Part shown: positions 50,531 to 61,597 of the stretch, piece by piece | Layout: each line of letters begins with the position of its first letter | Position numbering within the stretch: the first letter of the stretch is position 1 | DNA from: Raillietiella orientalis | Lineage: Eukaryota | Reading direction: 5' to 3' | Assembly: GCA_036172245.1 (NCBI GenBank) | Contig: JAYWIR010000074.1 | Coordinates: 248,001-312,000, forward strand | DNA: 64,000 bases | Made by a program: the position numbers and the translations under genes | Notes under the pieces: model-generated | Seen by the model: the letters and a program-made list of their open reading frames with translations, nothing else | What the model was told of the DNA's origin: nothing | Database searches by the model: none

Positions 50531-53500
50531 TTTTTACCCAGTCACGCCGGGACGTTTATTGATATAAACGAGCTAGAAACAGTTGTTTCCATCCCACGAC
50601 TATGTAGACATGCAGTGGAGATTCACCACTGGCACGCAGGCCAGGAAAACGGAGAAACACGGAGGACTGATAAGAGTCCAAAAAAAAAAAAGAATTTTCA
50701 ACTGGAAGGATGGGCCAGGGAACGTTGGCGACGCTCCGTAGTCACCAAGAATCTCATAAGTTTCAGCACCAAAACCCCTGTGGAGCGTATAGGGAAAAGG
50801 ATGCGACAAGAACAACAAAAAAGAAAAAAAAGAATCAAAAATAAAATGTACGCGGATCACCGAGTTCTTCGTTCTAAGCCGTTGCTCATCCCGCGATGGA
50901 TACCGGTTAGCTGCTCCATTGTGTCTTCCCATATGTGTCGCCAACCAGCTACCGACCTGATGCATTCAGCTGCCTTCCTGGTGACACAACATTGCTGTTC
51001 AGTGTTCTCCAGCACGTGTCGGACCGTCACGATGGCGCGGATAAAACCAACAGTGGAAATCGTCGCAGCCATTGAAAGTCCTTGTGGCTGGAACAAGCGT
51101 CGCAGCACTTCTCTAGAGGTGTCCCCCGGAAGCAAGAGAGATGCTCTTCGCCTCCGCCAGAGTTCCTGGGAGGCACCGCAGTCCATAACAAGGTGCGGGA
51201 ACGACTCCGTCGCCCCGCACCGTGCACAGCAGGAAGAAGCCACCCCACCGGAAACTCGGTGGCGCCGCTCGTTGTAGCGCTAGCCCCAGTGCAGAAAAAG
51301 CGAAAGGTCTTGCTTCCATGCAAAGGGAAACACCGAACCGTCCAAACACCAAGAAGGGATTGTAAGTTTCTCGGGAGCAACACCTAGTGCTTCTCCCCAG
51401 CGAGGTAATCCCTTCGGTGTTGCAGGAGGAGTGGAGGCATCCGCAATCTCGCTCGTGGCTTATTTGCCACCTGGTTTTGTTCTTCCTGCAATGGTGCAAG
51501 AGAACTCCCACTTCGCCGGCTGGCTACTGTCAACTCGATCCTTGAGTGTAGAGAGTGCTTCTGCGAGGAACGTGGCGTCCAGGGAGGAAAGCTTCACCTC
51601 GTCCTGCATGACATCTTGAAGGGACCAAGGTTGAAAACGACGCAGGGGGCGGAGATCTTCACGGCTCATTCCTAAGGAAACAGCCCAACAATCAATGGAT
51701 TCCTGCCGCCAAGCATTGTATTTCATCGGGCAGCAGGAAATCCACGCATTGGCATCCAATAGGGAGGCGATTTGCCCCAGAGGATAGCCAAATCCCTGTT
51801 TCCTGTAACGCAAGTCAGGCAGCAAGAAAAGAAGTCCTTCACAGCCTGCACACCTTCTTAGGAGTATGCGCGCAGGTGCACACAGGGGGAAAGTCCATAG
51901 TTCAGCACACAGTGCGAGCATCCGTCACTGCACTTGCAGTCTGATTCTCTCCATCGTAAGGATGCCAAGCTCAGCATCCCGACGTGGAGTTGCGAGGTCT
52001 TTCAGGCGGATCCTGGATCGCGCCGGACCCCAGAGTGCGTTCCTCAGCAGGCGTTTTGCCAGCTCCTTGGCCGTGTAGGGTTGAGTTTAAGACAAATAAC
52101 AGAAGGCGAAGGAGATGGGCCACGAAGGTGTTCTAAATAGCTGCCTGTTCCGGCAAGGTGAACTTGCCGTTGGGGAACGGGCGGGCTACCAACTCTGCCC
52201 TTTGAAGGCAGTCCGACCACTCCTCGGCAGACACGAGGTCGCCCAGCGGAACTCCAAGGTACTTGAAATACCCTGCCGTTGGGATCCTCAGGCGGATTAA
52301 GTCAAACTGCACCTCCCACGACGCTCCTACAGGTACGACCACGCTGTTCTTCCGGTTCACACTTACGCCCGCTAACCGACGAATCAGTTCGAAGAAATCT
52401 CCGACACTCGCCGCCAGGGTGGACGTGGATTGCTGAAGAAACAGGTCGTCTGCATAGGCCGCCACGGCAGGCGTTCCCGGACAGGAGCTATGCAGGTACT
52501 CCTGCGTCAGCCTGTACGCCCTCAGCACGTGTTTGGAGAAGATGCTGAAGAGCAACGTGCTTAAGCTGTCACCCTGTGTGATGCCCCTGCGCACGGGAAT
52601 ACCGTACACGTGGCAGCCGCTAAAAGAAATGCAGGGCAGCGCGTGGCGTTAGCAAACACGTAAGTACTTCAGGAGATACGCCGAAAGACCTAGGCGTTTC
52701 AAGAGCTCCAATACGAGCCTTTGATTTAGGAAATCGAACGCCTTGTGTAGGTCGACTGCGACCGCCAAGGCACCAGGCGTACCGCCCTTCCGCAACTGTC
52801 GATACCGTGTGCCTTTTGCATCGGCCTTGGACACGGATCGGCTTTGCTGCGCTACGCGCTCCTGCAGCTGCATCCAGGTGCGGGCAAACAGGAGGTTTGC
52901 TCCCATGCACCGCACGGGAACAGCGTAAGTCTGCTCCGGACTTACCAAGGACTGCGCGATTCTCCCCAGCCGCGAAACCCACAGCATAGAGAACAACTTG
53001 ACGTCCGAGTTCACCAGGATGATCGGACGCCAGTTGTTGAGATGGCGTTCGTCTCCACCTTTCGGCAGGAGACGCACCCTCGCTGAGAGGAAGGAATTGG
53101 GGACATCCTCCGAGACCCTCATCAACGGGAGAGACTAAACACCGGAGGGACGAGTTCCGTCGAGAAGCTCTGATAGAACTCCGCGGGTAGCCCGTCCTCA
53201 CCTGGTGCTTTTCGTCTCTGGAGTCCCGCAATAGCGGAGGAAATTTCCTCTGCTGTGTAGGACTCGTCGAGACATGCGCGTTCCTCTTCCCTAACAACGA
53301 GAGCATCCTGGAACATAAGTATCTCCGAAAAAATATTTTCCGTATGCGCTACCACGAATAGGGAGGAGTATTGACGCCTTACGATGCGGCGAATACCGGC
53401 TGGTGTCGAGCACTCCAGGCCTTTCTCGTCGAGCAAGCAAGATGTTCCAGACTGCCAGATCTGTCGCTCGGCTCTCGACTTGTATTTCGCTAGCTGGCTG

Positions 53501-54280
53501 ACATCAGCGCGTCTAGAAAAGGTGCGCGCCTGCAAAAAAGTACTGCTGTTGGCGAACCCTTCTCTAAAGCCTCGCGGGAGCCGGTGCAAGGGAAACCGTT
53601 AGCAGAACTCGCGGTCTGATCTTTTTGAATGATCCCAGTCCGCGAGTTCGCGGATGACGAAGGTCCGGAGGTACTGGCGGAGATGATCCGCCGCCTCCGG
53701 ATGGCTAAGCCAGTCCGCCGACATCCTCCAGTTTTTCAGCAAAGGCCCCTTGCCTGGCGGAAGGGGCTCGAACTCCAACCTGTTATGATCACAAAGTGCG
53801 GACGACAATCTTCCCCTTCTTCCCACACGAGGGTGCAGGTTGTCATCGAGAAAGATGTGATCCGGTAACCTTTCTATCTCAGGTACGCCGATTATCAAAT
53901 TGAGAGCGCGTACTGACGCGCACAACTCGATGGCCGACGTTCGCTACCTCAGGGAGCACCATTCGTCGGAGAGCAGGTGGACGTTGAAGTCGCCTGCAAC
54001 GAGGTGCGCCACTTGGGAGCCGGAGTTGTTGAACCAGTGGCATTTCACATCCTCGATTAGCGCAATTCTATCTACGAGGTAGCGCGAGCCACTAGGCGAG
54101 CTGATGTTCGTCACGAAGAGATCGATGGACTCCGACCACTTGATAACAAGCTGGCCCACCCCTCCGTCGTCATCAAAGCGAACACTACGCACCGCTTCCG
54201 CCATTTTTCCTCTTACGAGGAACGCGAAGCGGCTCGTACGCCCGTCACCACACTGCCAAAGAAGCTTTCCTCCTGCGCGA
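50531..54280 (-). mobile_element. Copy L, 3' portion (APE to 3' end), subfamily 2, nested in K
   Basis: GKLLWQCG, AGDFNV, LCDH, NWRPIILVNSDVKL, DLHKAFD, AYADDL, CARCGATESFPHLVMDC. 3' motif at 50536-50560 with a 5-A tail. Confidence 0.92.
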
Positions 54281-55135
54281 TCAAGAGCGACAGTCGTTGA
54301 AGATATCGTGGATGCCTTTCACAGGCATTACACGAAACACTTCAGGCGACAACATCTCTATCGCTCTAGTCAACAAGCCTTTCTGACCTATTTCGAGAAG
54401 AGGACCGACGACCTCCAGCGGAATAGACTAGAGGAGGAATTCTACAAAGACGAGGTAAAGACTGCTTTTGCACAACTGCGCAAGTATGTGGCGACGCATT
54501 CAGGGTTTTCGAGACACAGTGACCACTCTGTTCGATCACCCGTTAGGGTGGTTTTCCTTAAGAACGGAGAATCCTCGGCAAAGACAAGGCACTAAAGCGG
54601 CGCTCTTGAGCATGCCCGCCTGGTTCGACACACATCCTGGACATCAGGAGGTCCTGGTGACAATTCTCAAGACCACAAAAATCAGAAGAGTCACCGACAG
54701 ACACAGCTTGCAACACAGGATACACCTGTTTGCAAATATGCAATTCGAGGATTGGCGCTTGAGGCAGGAGGCGTACCGGGACCTGAACATCCAAGATCGC
54801 TCAATCTCAAAGGACTTCGATCAGTACGAGAGTCGGCAGGTCTTCAACAACATAAAAGGGGAAGTCGGCGTGCTGGAAAAGAGAAATCTGGCAACGGATA
54901 TGTTCTGTATCCAGTATGACGGTCAAGAGCGACAGTCGTCCGAAGAAATCGTGGATGCCTTTCACAGGCATTACACCAAACACTTCAGGCGACAACATCT
55001 CTGTCGCTCTTATCAACAGGCCTTTCTGGGCTACCTCGAGAAGAGGACCGACGATCTCGAGCGAAACAGACTAAAGGAGGAATTCTCCGATGACGATGTG
55101 AAGAATGCGTTTGGTCAACTACGCAAGGACGTGGC
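54281..55135 (+). repeat. Imperfect ~210-bp direct repeat (54281-54492 vs 54923-55135)
   Basis: Both start TCAAGAGCGACAGTCGT and encode IVDAFHRHYTKHFRRQHL...AF(A/G)QLRK. Confidence 0.9.
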
Positions 55136-56500
55136 AGCGGGCCCTCACAGCGTACCCATCACTCACTATCAGCGGTACCTGCATGCCTACCTGCGCTTGT
55201 TCAACCAGTTGACCCTCTGCATCCATTTAGAAGGAAGACTTCCACAGTCCTTCTACGAAAGTAGGATGAGATTGTTGCCAAAAGGAGGCGACCTCACGTA
55301 GGTCGCACAATGGAGGACAATCTCGATCCTGAACTCGGATGCCAAGTGGTTGGCGAAGATCTGGTCCAACCGTTTAGGCAAGGTCATGTCGAGGCTCATC
55401 TCTCCGGTCCAAACGTGAGCAGTCCCTGGACGTCACATGTAGGACAATGTCAAGTGGGCCCAGGCCACCGTAGGACTCAGCCGATACGTCGGCGAGAACC
55501 TGGCGATGGTGTTCACTGACATGGAGAAGGCTTCCGACTCCATCGACCATGGGATGCTGCTGAAGGTTCAGGAGAAGCAAGGCCTTCCGGAACACTTCAG
55601 CAGCTTCGTGAGGGTGGTACTCCAGAACCAGTACTGGCGAATCAAAATTAACGGCCAGGAGACGGCTGCTATCCGGATGGAACGGGAAGTCCGGCAGGGC
55701 GATTCGCAAAGTCCGATGCTGTTCGTTATCTACATGGAGGCATTGTCGTCCTTTGTCGAGAAAAGCGGACGACTGCAAGGCATAACAATCGATGGCCAGC
55801 GTCTTACCCATCTGGCATACGCTGATGATCTACTCTTCTTTATCAAGGGAGAGAGAAATCAACTAGCGTTTCTGGATGTGGTAGACCTGATGGATCAATA
55901 CCTGGGCCTAAAGAACAACGCCCAGAAAAGGCAGCTCTTGCCTGTTGGAATCCTCGGTCTCTCCGCTCTAGCGGGGAGAGGATTCCGAACGGTGGACAAG
56001 GCCAAGTTCCTGGGTGTCTACATTGGCGTCGTCTACGCGTCGAAGCTATTGTGGACCGAGATCCTAGGGAAAACGGCCAAGGAAGCAGCCAAGTACACCC
56101 GAACGGACCTTGGAATAAAGCGAAAGGCCAACATATGGAACGGAGTACTCCTTCCAAAAGTGCTCTTCGGGGCGGCCTTCGCGAGGATGAACAAGGACAC
56201 CACGAGGGAGTACGACAAGCTGCAGTGAAAAACACTGTGGGGCCACTATCGCCCAAGAGTCCGACTAAAACCCCTGTGTCTTCCCAGGGAAGAAGGCGTT
56301 TCCGGGATGAAGTCGCTTGCACACTCCATAGAAATCATGGATAAGCGACACATCCTGAACTCTGCCACTAACTGGGATGACTTGCCGTATGCGGCGCACG
56401 GGGCCTACGCGTTGTTGTTGAACAACTCGAAAAGCCTGATGACTGCGCTGCTAGGCAATGTAGGGGAATGGATAACAATCGACCCGACCTGGAGGAGGAA
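54281..56500 (+). mobile_element. Copy M: RT-containing fragment of a second, distinct L1/Tx1-like family; degenerate
   Basis: RMRLLPKGGDL, WRTISILNSDAK, DMEKASDSIDH, VRQGDSQSPMLF, HLAYADDLLFF, KFLGV. Sequence is clearly different from the main family. Confidence 0.88.
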
Positions 56501-56519
56501 GCAACGGCTGGTGCGGAAG

Positions 56520-57051
56520 CACCAAATCAAGATCGTGCCGAGAAGCAGGGAACTCTAGCAGGACGGGTCCATCCTGGTGATCCCTTGGATGCTTGCTGTC
56601 CCGCCGGAGACGACAAGCTGGATCCACCAGCGGTCCAGGGTTACCCTGTCGGAGGAGCCGCTGCACAAGCTCAGCCTTCTTTCATCGGACCTTGACATTG
56701 CCCAATGCTGGAAGAGGCATGAGTGCTTTGAGTTCCTCCTCTCGCATTCCAACACGGAAATGTTCGTCCGCGAATTCTTCTCTTGCCTTGCCTACCCCAC
56801 TTACATTGTAGCGGAGAGAAGATATGTAGCCCTAGGCTACATATGCCTGCATATCCGCTTGGTCGGGAGGCATTCTTGCACGGCCGCAGATGCAGCCACT
56901 TCCGCGAAGCTCATGAGCAGTTGCGCGGGGCTCGCACTGGTTGTCGCCATCGTTGCAGCTGGGAGAAGTTCCTGAACCATTGGTTTCACGACTTCCACGT
57001 TGTCTTGCACACAGCTCATCCTTACGACGGTGCAGCGCGACACACAAGCGC
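56520..57051 (-). mobile_element. Copy L, 5' portion (ORF1 N-terminus)
   Basis: SFAEVAASAAV, DMQAYVA*GYISSLRYNV, VKVR*KKAELVQRLL, IQGITRM are homologous to other ORF1 starts in the window. Confidence 0.75.
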
Positions 57052-57062
57052 AACGTTGAAAT
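57052..57062. repeat. Target-site duplication, copy 2 (AACGTTGAAAT)
   Basis: Identical to 50520-50530. Confidence 0.88.
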
Positions 57063-59234
57063 CGCCTGCAACCAGATGGTCATTCCGCAAGCCTGCTTTG
57101 GTCAGCCAGTCAAGCCGGAAGATAAGGAAAAACTCGTTCCTCGTCCTCCTGTTCGTCAGGACCGCGCCGCTCGGTGCGTACACGTTCGTGACGATGAGGT
57201 CGCTCGAGTCGGACCACCTGAAAGTCAGCTGGCCGACACGACCGTGATCGTCGAACTGCACACCATGTGCCGCGGCTTCGACGGCTGGCCGAAGCAGGTA
57301 AGAAGCACCGCAACTCTTTGGTTTCCCACACCTATACCATAGCCGCCCTACGGAGATTCGTTTTATCTCTTGCGCTTGTTCTGAAGAGATCATTTGGGTC
57401 TCCTGCAGCAGCGCAAGATCGAAGGATTCAAGCAGGGCGGCTATGTCTCGTATCCTGCCCGCGTCTGTCATGCCGTTCACGTTCCAAACGGCGATGAGCA
57501 GACGACGGCGGAAGGAGATTCCGTTCATTACTGCTGGGAAGATTAAGGTGTGGGGAGCCCGCCTCTTGCTAGGCGGGCGGGATGTCCATGGGGGTTTCGG
57601 ACTTCTCAGGCACCTGAGGCACCTGTTTGGCCTCCACTTCCTCCATCTTCTTCGTGTCCAAGCGCCGCAGTCTCTAGGGCAAAAGGTCCTGCGAGTTTCC
57701 CACGCTCATGGCATTCTCGCTTCCGGAAGCCATCTCTTTTCCTTCGACGGGGGAGACGATATTCGTCGGCTTTGTAGACTTAGGTCCAGCCTTCTTGCGG
57801 GGTGCCGTGGAAACGGAGGGTGCGCTTCCGGCCTCCACCTCGGGATCGGAAGTGGGGGACTCCTGAGGGGAGGACGGACGCCTTAGAGCCTTCTTGCCAG
57901 GCTTGTAGGGTTCTGGGTGCAACGAGGCAGCCAGCTCCTCCACGGCGCGCTCGAAGGCGACGTCATCGAGCGAGGGCTCGATTTCGGACGCCGCCGCCTC
58001 GCTCCTTTCCTTGTTGTCTTTGTCAACGGAGGGTTGAACAGGGGCAGCAGCGAGTTCATTAGCGCCGCATTCGTCGATGGCGGGAATCGGCTGTACAACG
58101 ACGCAGCAGCTTTTGGTTTTTTCGCGGCGCGGAGCGCTTTCGCTCCGTTTCGTCACGTTCTTTCCCTTCTTATGGGAGTTTTTCTTGGGGTCCACCTTCT
58201 GCCACCCTGGCTCTTGACCCTCGCCCTCGACCTTTTCGGCGTTTTTGCCAAGTTCTCGGAACTGGCCTTTGCCTTGGTGACGAAGGTGTCCTCCTTAGCA
58301 GCAGCACGAGCTGCCAGCTTCTTTTTTTTCTTTGACGCGCGCTTTCTCGCGTATTTTGCGGACGCGACGCGGACTGAGTTTTGGGGGCACACCAGACGGG
58401 TGTGCCGTGCTTCTTTGCACTGCTGGCACTGCACGCTCGGACACCTCATTTTAAGGTGAACAAAGCTGCTGCAGCAGCCGCAGAACTTGGATTTCCCCAC
58501 GTATCACACGTCAACATATTCACCGTTGACGGTGAGTGTGTGGGAAAATTCACAACCTTCGCGAACGGTCAGTCGCGCTGCACTTAGGCCACCACGCACC
58601 CCGTCGTAATCAATAAAAGAAGGAGGCCTTCCCCACAGCGCGTGGACAGTTGGAAATTGTTCTATTTCGTTCCGGACGGCCTCCTCCGTCATTCGGTACG
58701 TAATACCGGTCAGGTGAATGATCACCGACCGGTCTTCTGTAATTGGGAGAAGCCTGCAGCTGCTTATAATTACGGGGGTCCGCAGAAGTCTCTGCACAAG
58801 AGTTGTCTCCTTGCAGGTAACTTCCACAAATCGACCCCCGCTTTTGACGAACATAGCCAGAAGCTCCTAGTTATGTACGACGAAAGCGCGCATCGCCTGC
58901 AAGGAGGCGCGCGCGTTCTCAGCATGATGTAGACCGCATACCTTGTATAGGAGGAAGGTTGATACCCCTCTTCCGGGTAGGCGCGCATCTCCGCCATAGC
59001 CGCTGGCGTAGGTGCGGCAGCCACGGCGTTCGAAGCACTCGGTGGGGCCAAAAGCGCATGTGTGCTGGCGGGAGCCCTCACTGGTGGGCGAGCCCCCACT
59101 CTTATCTTCTCAGGGGGCAGTGGGGTCATCGCCCCCGGATCCTTACCTGCGGTGGAATCAGGCATTGCTGCTTTATCCTCCACACACACCACGCAAAAGC
59201 ACCAGCGCAAAAAAAACTTAGGAGCAGCGAAGAG

Positions 59235-59242
59235 ACACGTCC
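59235..59242 (-). promoter_or_regulatory. Conserved 5' motif GGACGTGT, a DPE-like internal promoter element (also at 8937-8944 -, 13933-13940 -, 43154-43161 +, 45153-45160 +, 59927-59934 +)
   Basis: Present upstream of ORF1 in six copies whose UTRs are otherwise divergent. Matches the DPE consensus RGWYV known from internal promoters of insect LINEs. Confidence 0.7.
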
Positions 59243-59268
59243 GTACGATGCTTCAGAGTCTCGCTTTA

Positions 59269-59921
59269 AACCTGGTTGCGCCGTTACGTTGATTTTTTCA
59301 AGTGAATTTATCTATACTGTGACTGGAACAGTAGTCCAGTCACGCCCTGGAAACATTCAGTCTGCCGGGCTACCGGTGCGCAGTTCGGCGCGGTCGACCT
59401 CGACAGCAGAGGGAGAGGGGAATCAAACAAAAAGAAAAAAAATAAACCGACACCGGGGAGGGAGCGGGAAGGGATCACTGTCTGCTGGGAAGGTCCGTCA
59501 TCCTCTGTAGGATGCCGGCAAGCTGTTGCTGGATGGTGGATTTCAGATGGGTCCTTCGCGTCGCCATCCTCAGGAAACGGGCGGCGTACACCGTGGCATC
59601 CCTGTCGCTGGACCCTTCCGTCGGTTCGCTCCAGGTCACGAAGATCTTTCGTAGGCAGCACAGAGCTGCAAGCGCGGCCGCCGGAAGCAGAGCGTCACGG
59701 ACGAAGAGGGAGCGCAAAGCGTCTCTGGGGTAGCCTCCGGGAATTCCCACGGCTGCGGCAAAGCGTTCCCACAAGGGACGGAGGGCAACACAATCCACTA
59801 ACAGGTGGGGGAGGTATTCCCTCTCTTCGCACCTGACACAATTAAGGTTGACAGCCCCCTGCGTCCAGTTGTGTCGGCGGTCGTTGCAGGGAAGACTCCA
59901 ATGCAACACCAGCAGTGCCGA
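59269..59921 (-). mobile_element. 3'-terminal piece (ORF2 CCHC, stop, 3' UTR), subfamily 1
   Basis: LHWSLPCN...CVRCEEREYLPHLLVDC; CAGTGATCCC stop at ~59475; 3' motif at 59270-59294. Confidence 0.92.
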
Positions 59922-59997
59922 CGGTCAGACGTGTTCTCTGCGCGCTCCTGACTCGCTCGACTTTATTGGTGTAGTGCGGTGCATCAGTGGTCGGGGG

Positions 59998-61597
59998 ATG
60001 GCAGAAATGCCTGATCCCGCCACTAGTGAATGTGGGGTGGGGGCCGGGCGAACGTCCCCCGTACCCCTGAGATAGGGGCACCTGCCCCGAAGGCTTCGTC
60101 CCCCGCGCCGGCGAGGGACTACAGCGCCGAGGTCGCCGCGCCATCTGCAGTGGCCATCGCCGAGGCCCAGGCCTACAAGGCCTACAACTACAACCCGAGT
60201 CTGCTGTATAAGGTAGGCCGGGTGTTTGATGACCGTGTGGCGCGCTCCTTCGAGAAGGAGCTCCACCGTTTGAACGTTAACAAGGAGGATCTACTGGGTC
60301 TCTCCATCCGCAGCGGGGGACAGCATGTCGAGTTGACCTGCAAAGAAGCAGGGTTGGCGCAAAGACTGCTGCTAACCCCCGTCAGGGTCGAGGGCCGCCA
60401 GATCTTCCCTGTCCCGGTGCACAACTTAATAGTTGTCCATTTCCGTGGAATCACCGTGCGGATGTCACCGATTGCCGTTAGGGCTGAACTCAGCAAATTC
60501 GGCACCGTACACGCGCTGTGGCTGAAGCCCAACAGGTTCCGTACTTATGACGGACTCCTGAGCGGACTCGCCGCGGCACGTGTGACTGTGAATATGGACA
60601 TTGGGGTTCCCCATAAACTAGTAGTCGACGGAGATTCTGTCGACATCTGGTATCTGGGGAAACCCAAATACTGTGCGTTTTGTGATGGTACAGGGCACGT
60701 GAAGAAACGCTGCCCCAACATCACCTGCCGCAAGTGCGAGGCAATCGGGCACACGGAAGAAGTGTGCCCCAAAAAGACTTCGCGCGCGCCGGCTGCTGCC
60801 GTGAGCGGCACGAACGCGAGCAAGAAGCCTGGCAAGACCAGGCCGCCGTCTGAAAATACGGTTGACCCGGAGGCAGCCAAAAAGGGCATCCCGACCACCG
60901 CGTCTGCAGAAACACAGGCAACCGAGGTGGAAGGAGAAGAGCCTGGCTGGCAAAAGGTCAGTCCAAAGAAAAAGAAAGAAAAAAAGGACGTAAATAATAA
61001 AAATAAAGTCCCTGCAAAATCCGCGAAACCCGCGAAAAAGCAGGGACTGAAAAAATGCACGGTCGCACTGGAGCGCCTTGCAGACGCCGAAGTGCCGTGC
61101 GAACAGGACGTTGCCGTGTGCAACAACGCTGACAGCCCCGTCGCTGTGCAAACAGCGTCCGAGGGCTGCGGCGAGGGGGAGAGCCGCGATGACGCGGGCT
61201 TTGCAAAAGCCGCCGCCGAGCTCGCCGCCAGTCAGCAGCCTCCCGCAAAGGTCGGGAAGAAGGCCGTTCGACGTCCGGCCGAGAGGAGGGGACCGGGACC
61301 TCGGACTCGGACCCGGAGACCGGACACGCACCATCCGCATCTGCACCCCCGAGGAAGACCGGAAGGAAAATCCGTAACCCGAGGAGGATCGTCTCCTCCG
61401 AGGATGGGTAATCCTCCGGAAACGAGGGTGCGGCGAGCGTGGGAGAGATGGACACGAGTCCTGAACTCCCACGATCGGTCGAGACGGAGCCGATGGAGAC
61501 GGAGGGGGTCGTCGAGCCGCCCCCCACCGCACAGGAGAAAGACGGCGTCCCGCCCCTAGGTGAGGCGGGAGACGCAGCATCACTTTCCCAGCAGTAA
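59998..61597 (+). pseudogene. ORF1 Gag-like nucleic-acid-binding protein with 2x CX2CX4HX4C; frameshifted near both ends
   Basis: CAFCDGTGHVKKRC and CRKCEAIGHTEEVC; Lys-rich middle; true end ...SLSQQ* with TAA at 61595-61597. Confidence 0.88.

Larger units (their letters stand above)
57052..59268 (-). mobile_element. Copy K, 5' portion (5' UTR, ORF1, APE up to GDFNV)
   Basis: GGACGTGT at 59235-59242 (minus strand); knuckles CGCCSSFVHLKMRC and CQQCKEARHTRLVC; TAATG at 57530-57526; AVWNVNG, LLQET, NVYAPSG, VAGDFNV. Confidence 0.92.

Noticed and set aside
56822..56844. 10-bp palindrome ATATGTAGCC-CTA-GGCTACATAT
   Set aside because: It lies inside an ORF1 relic and is not conserved in other ORF1 copies, so it is likely chance.
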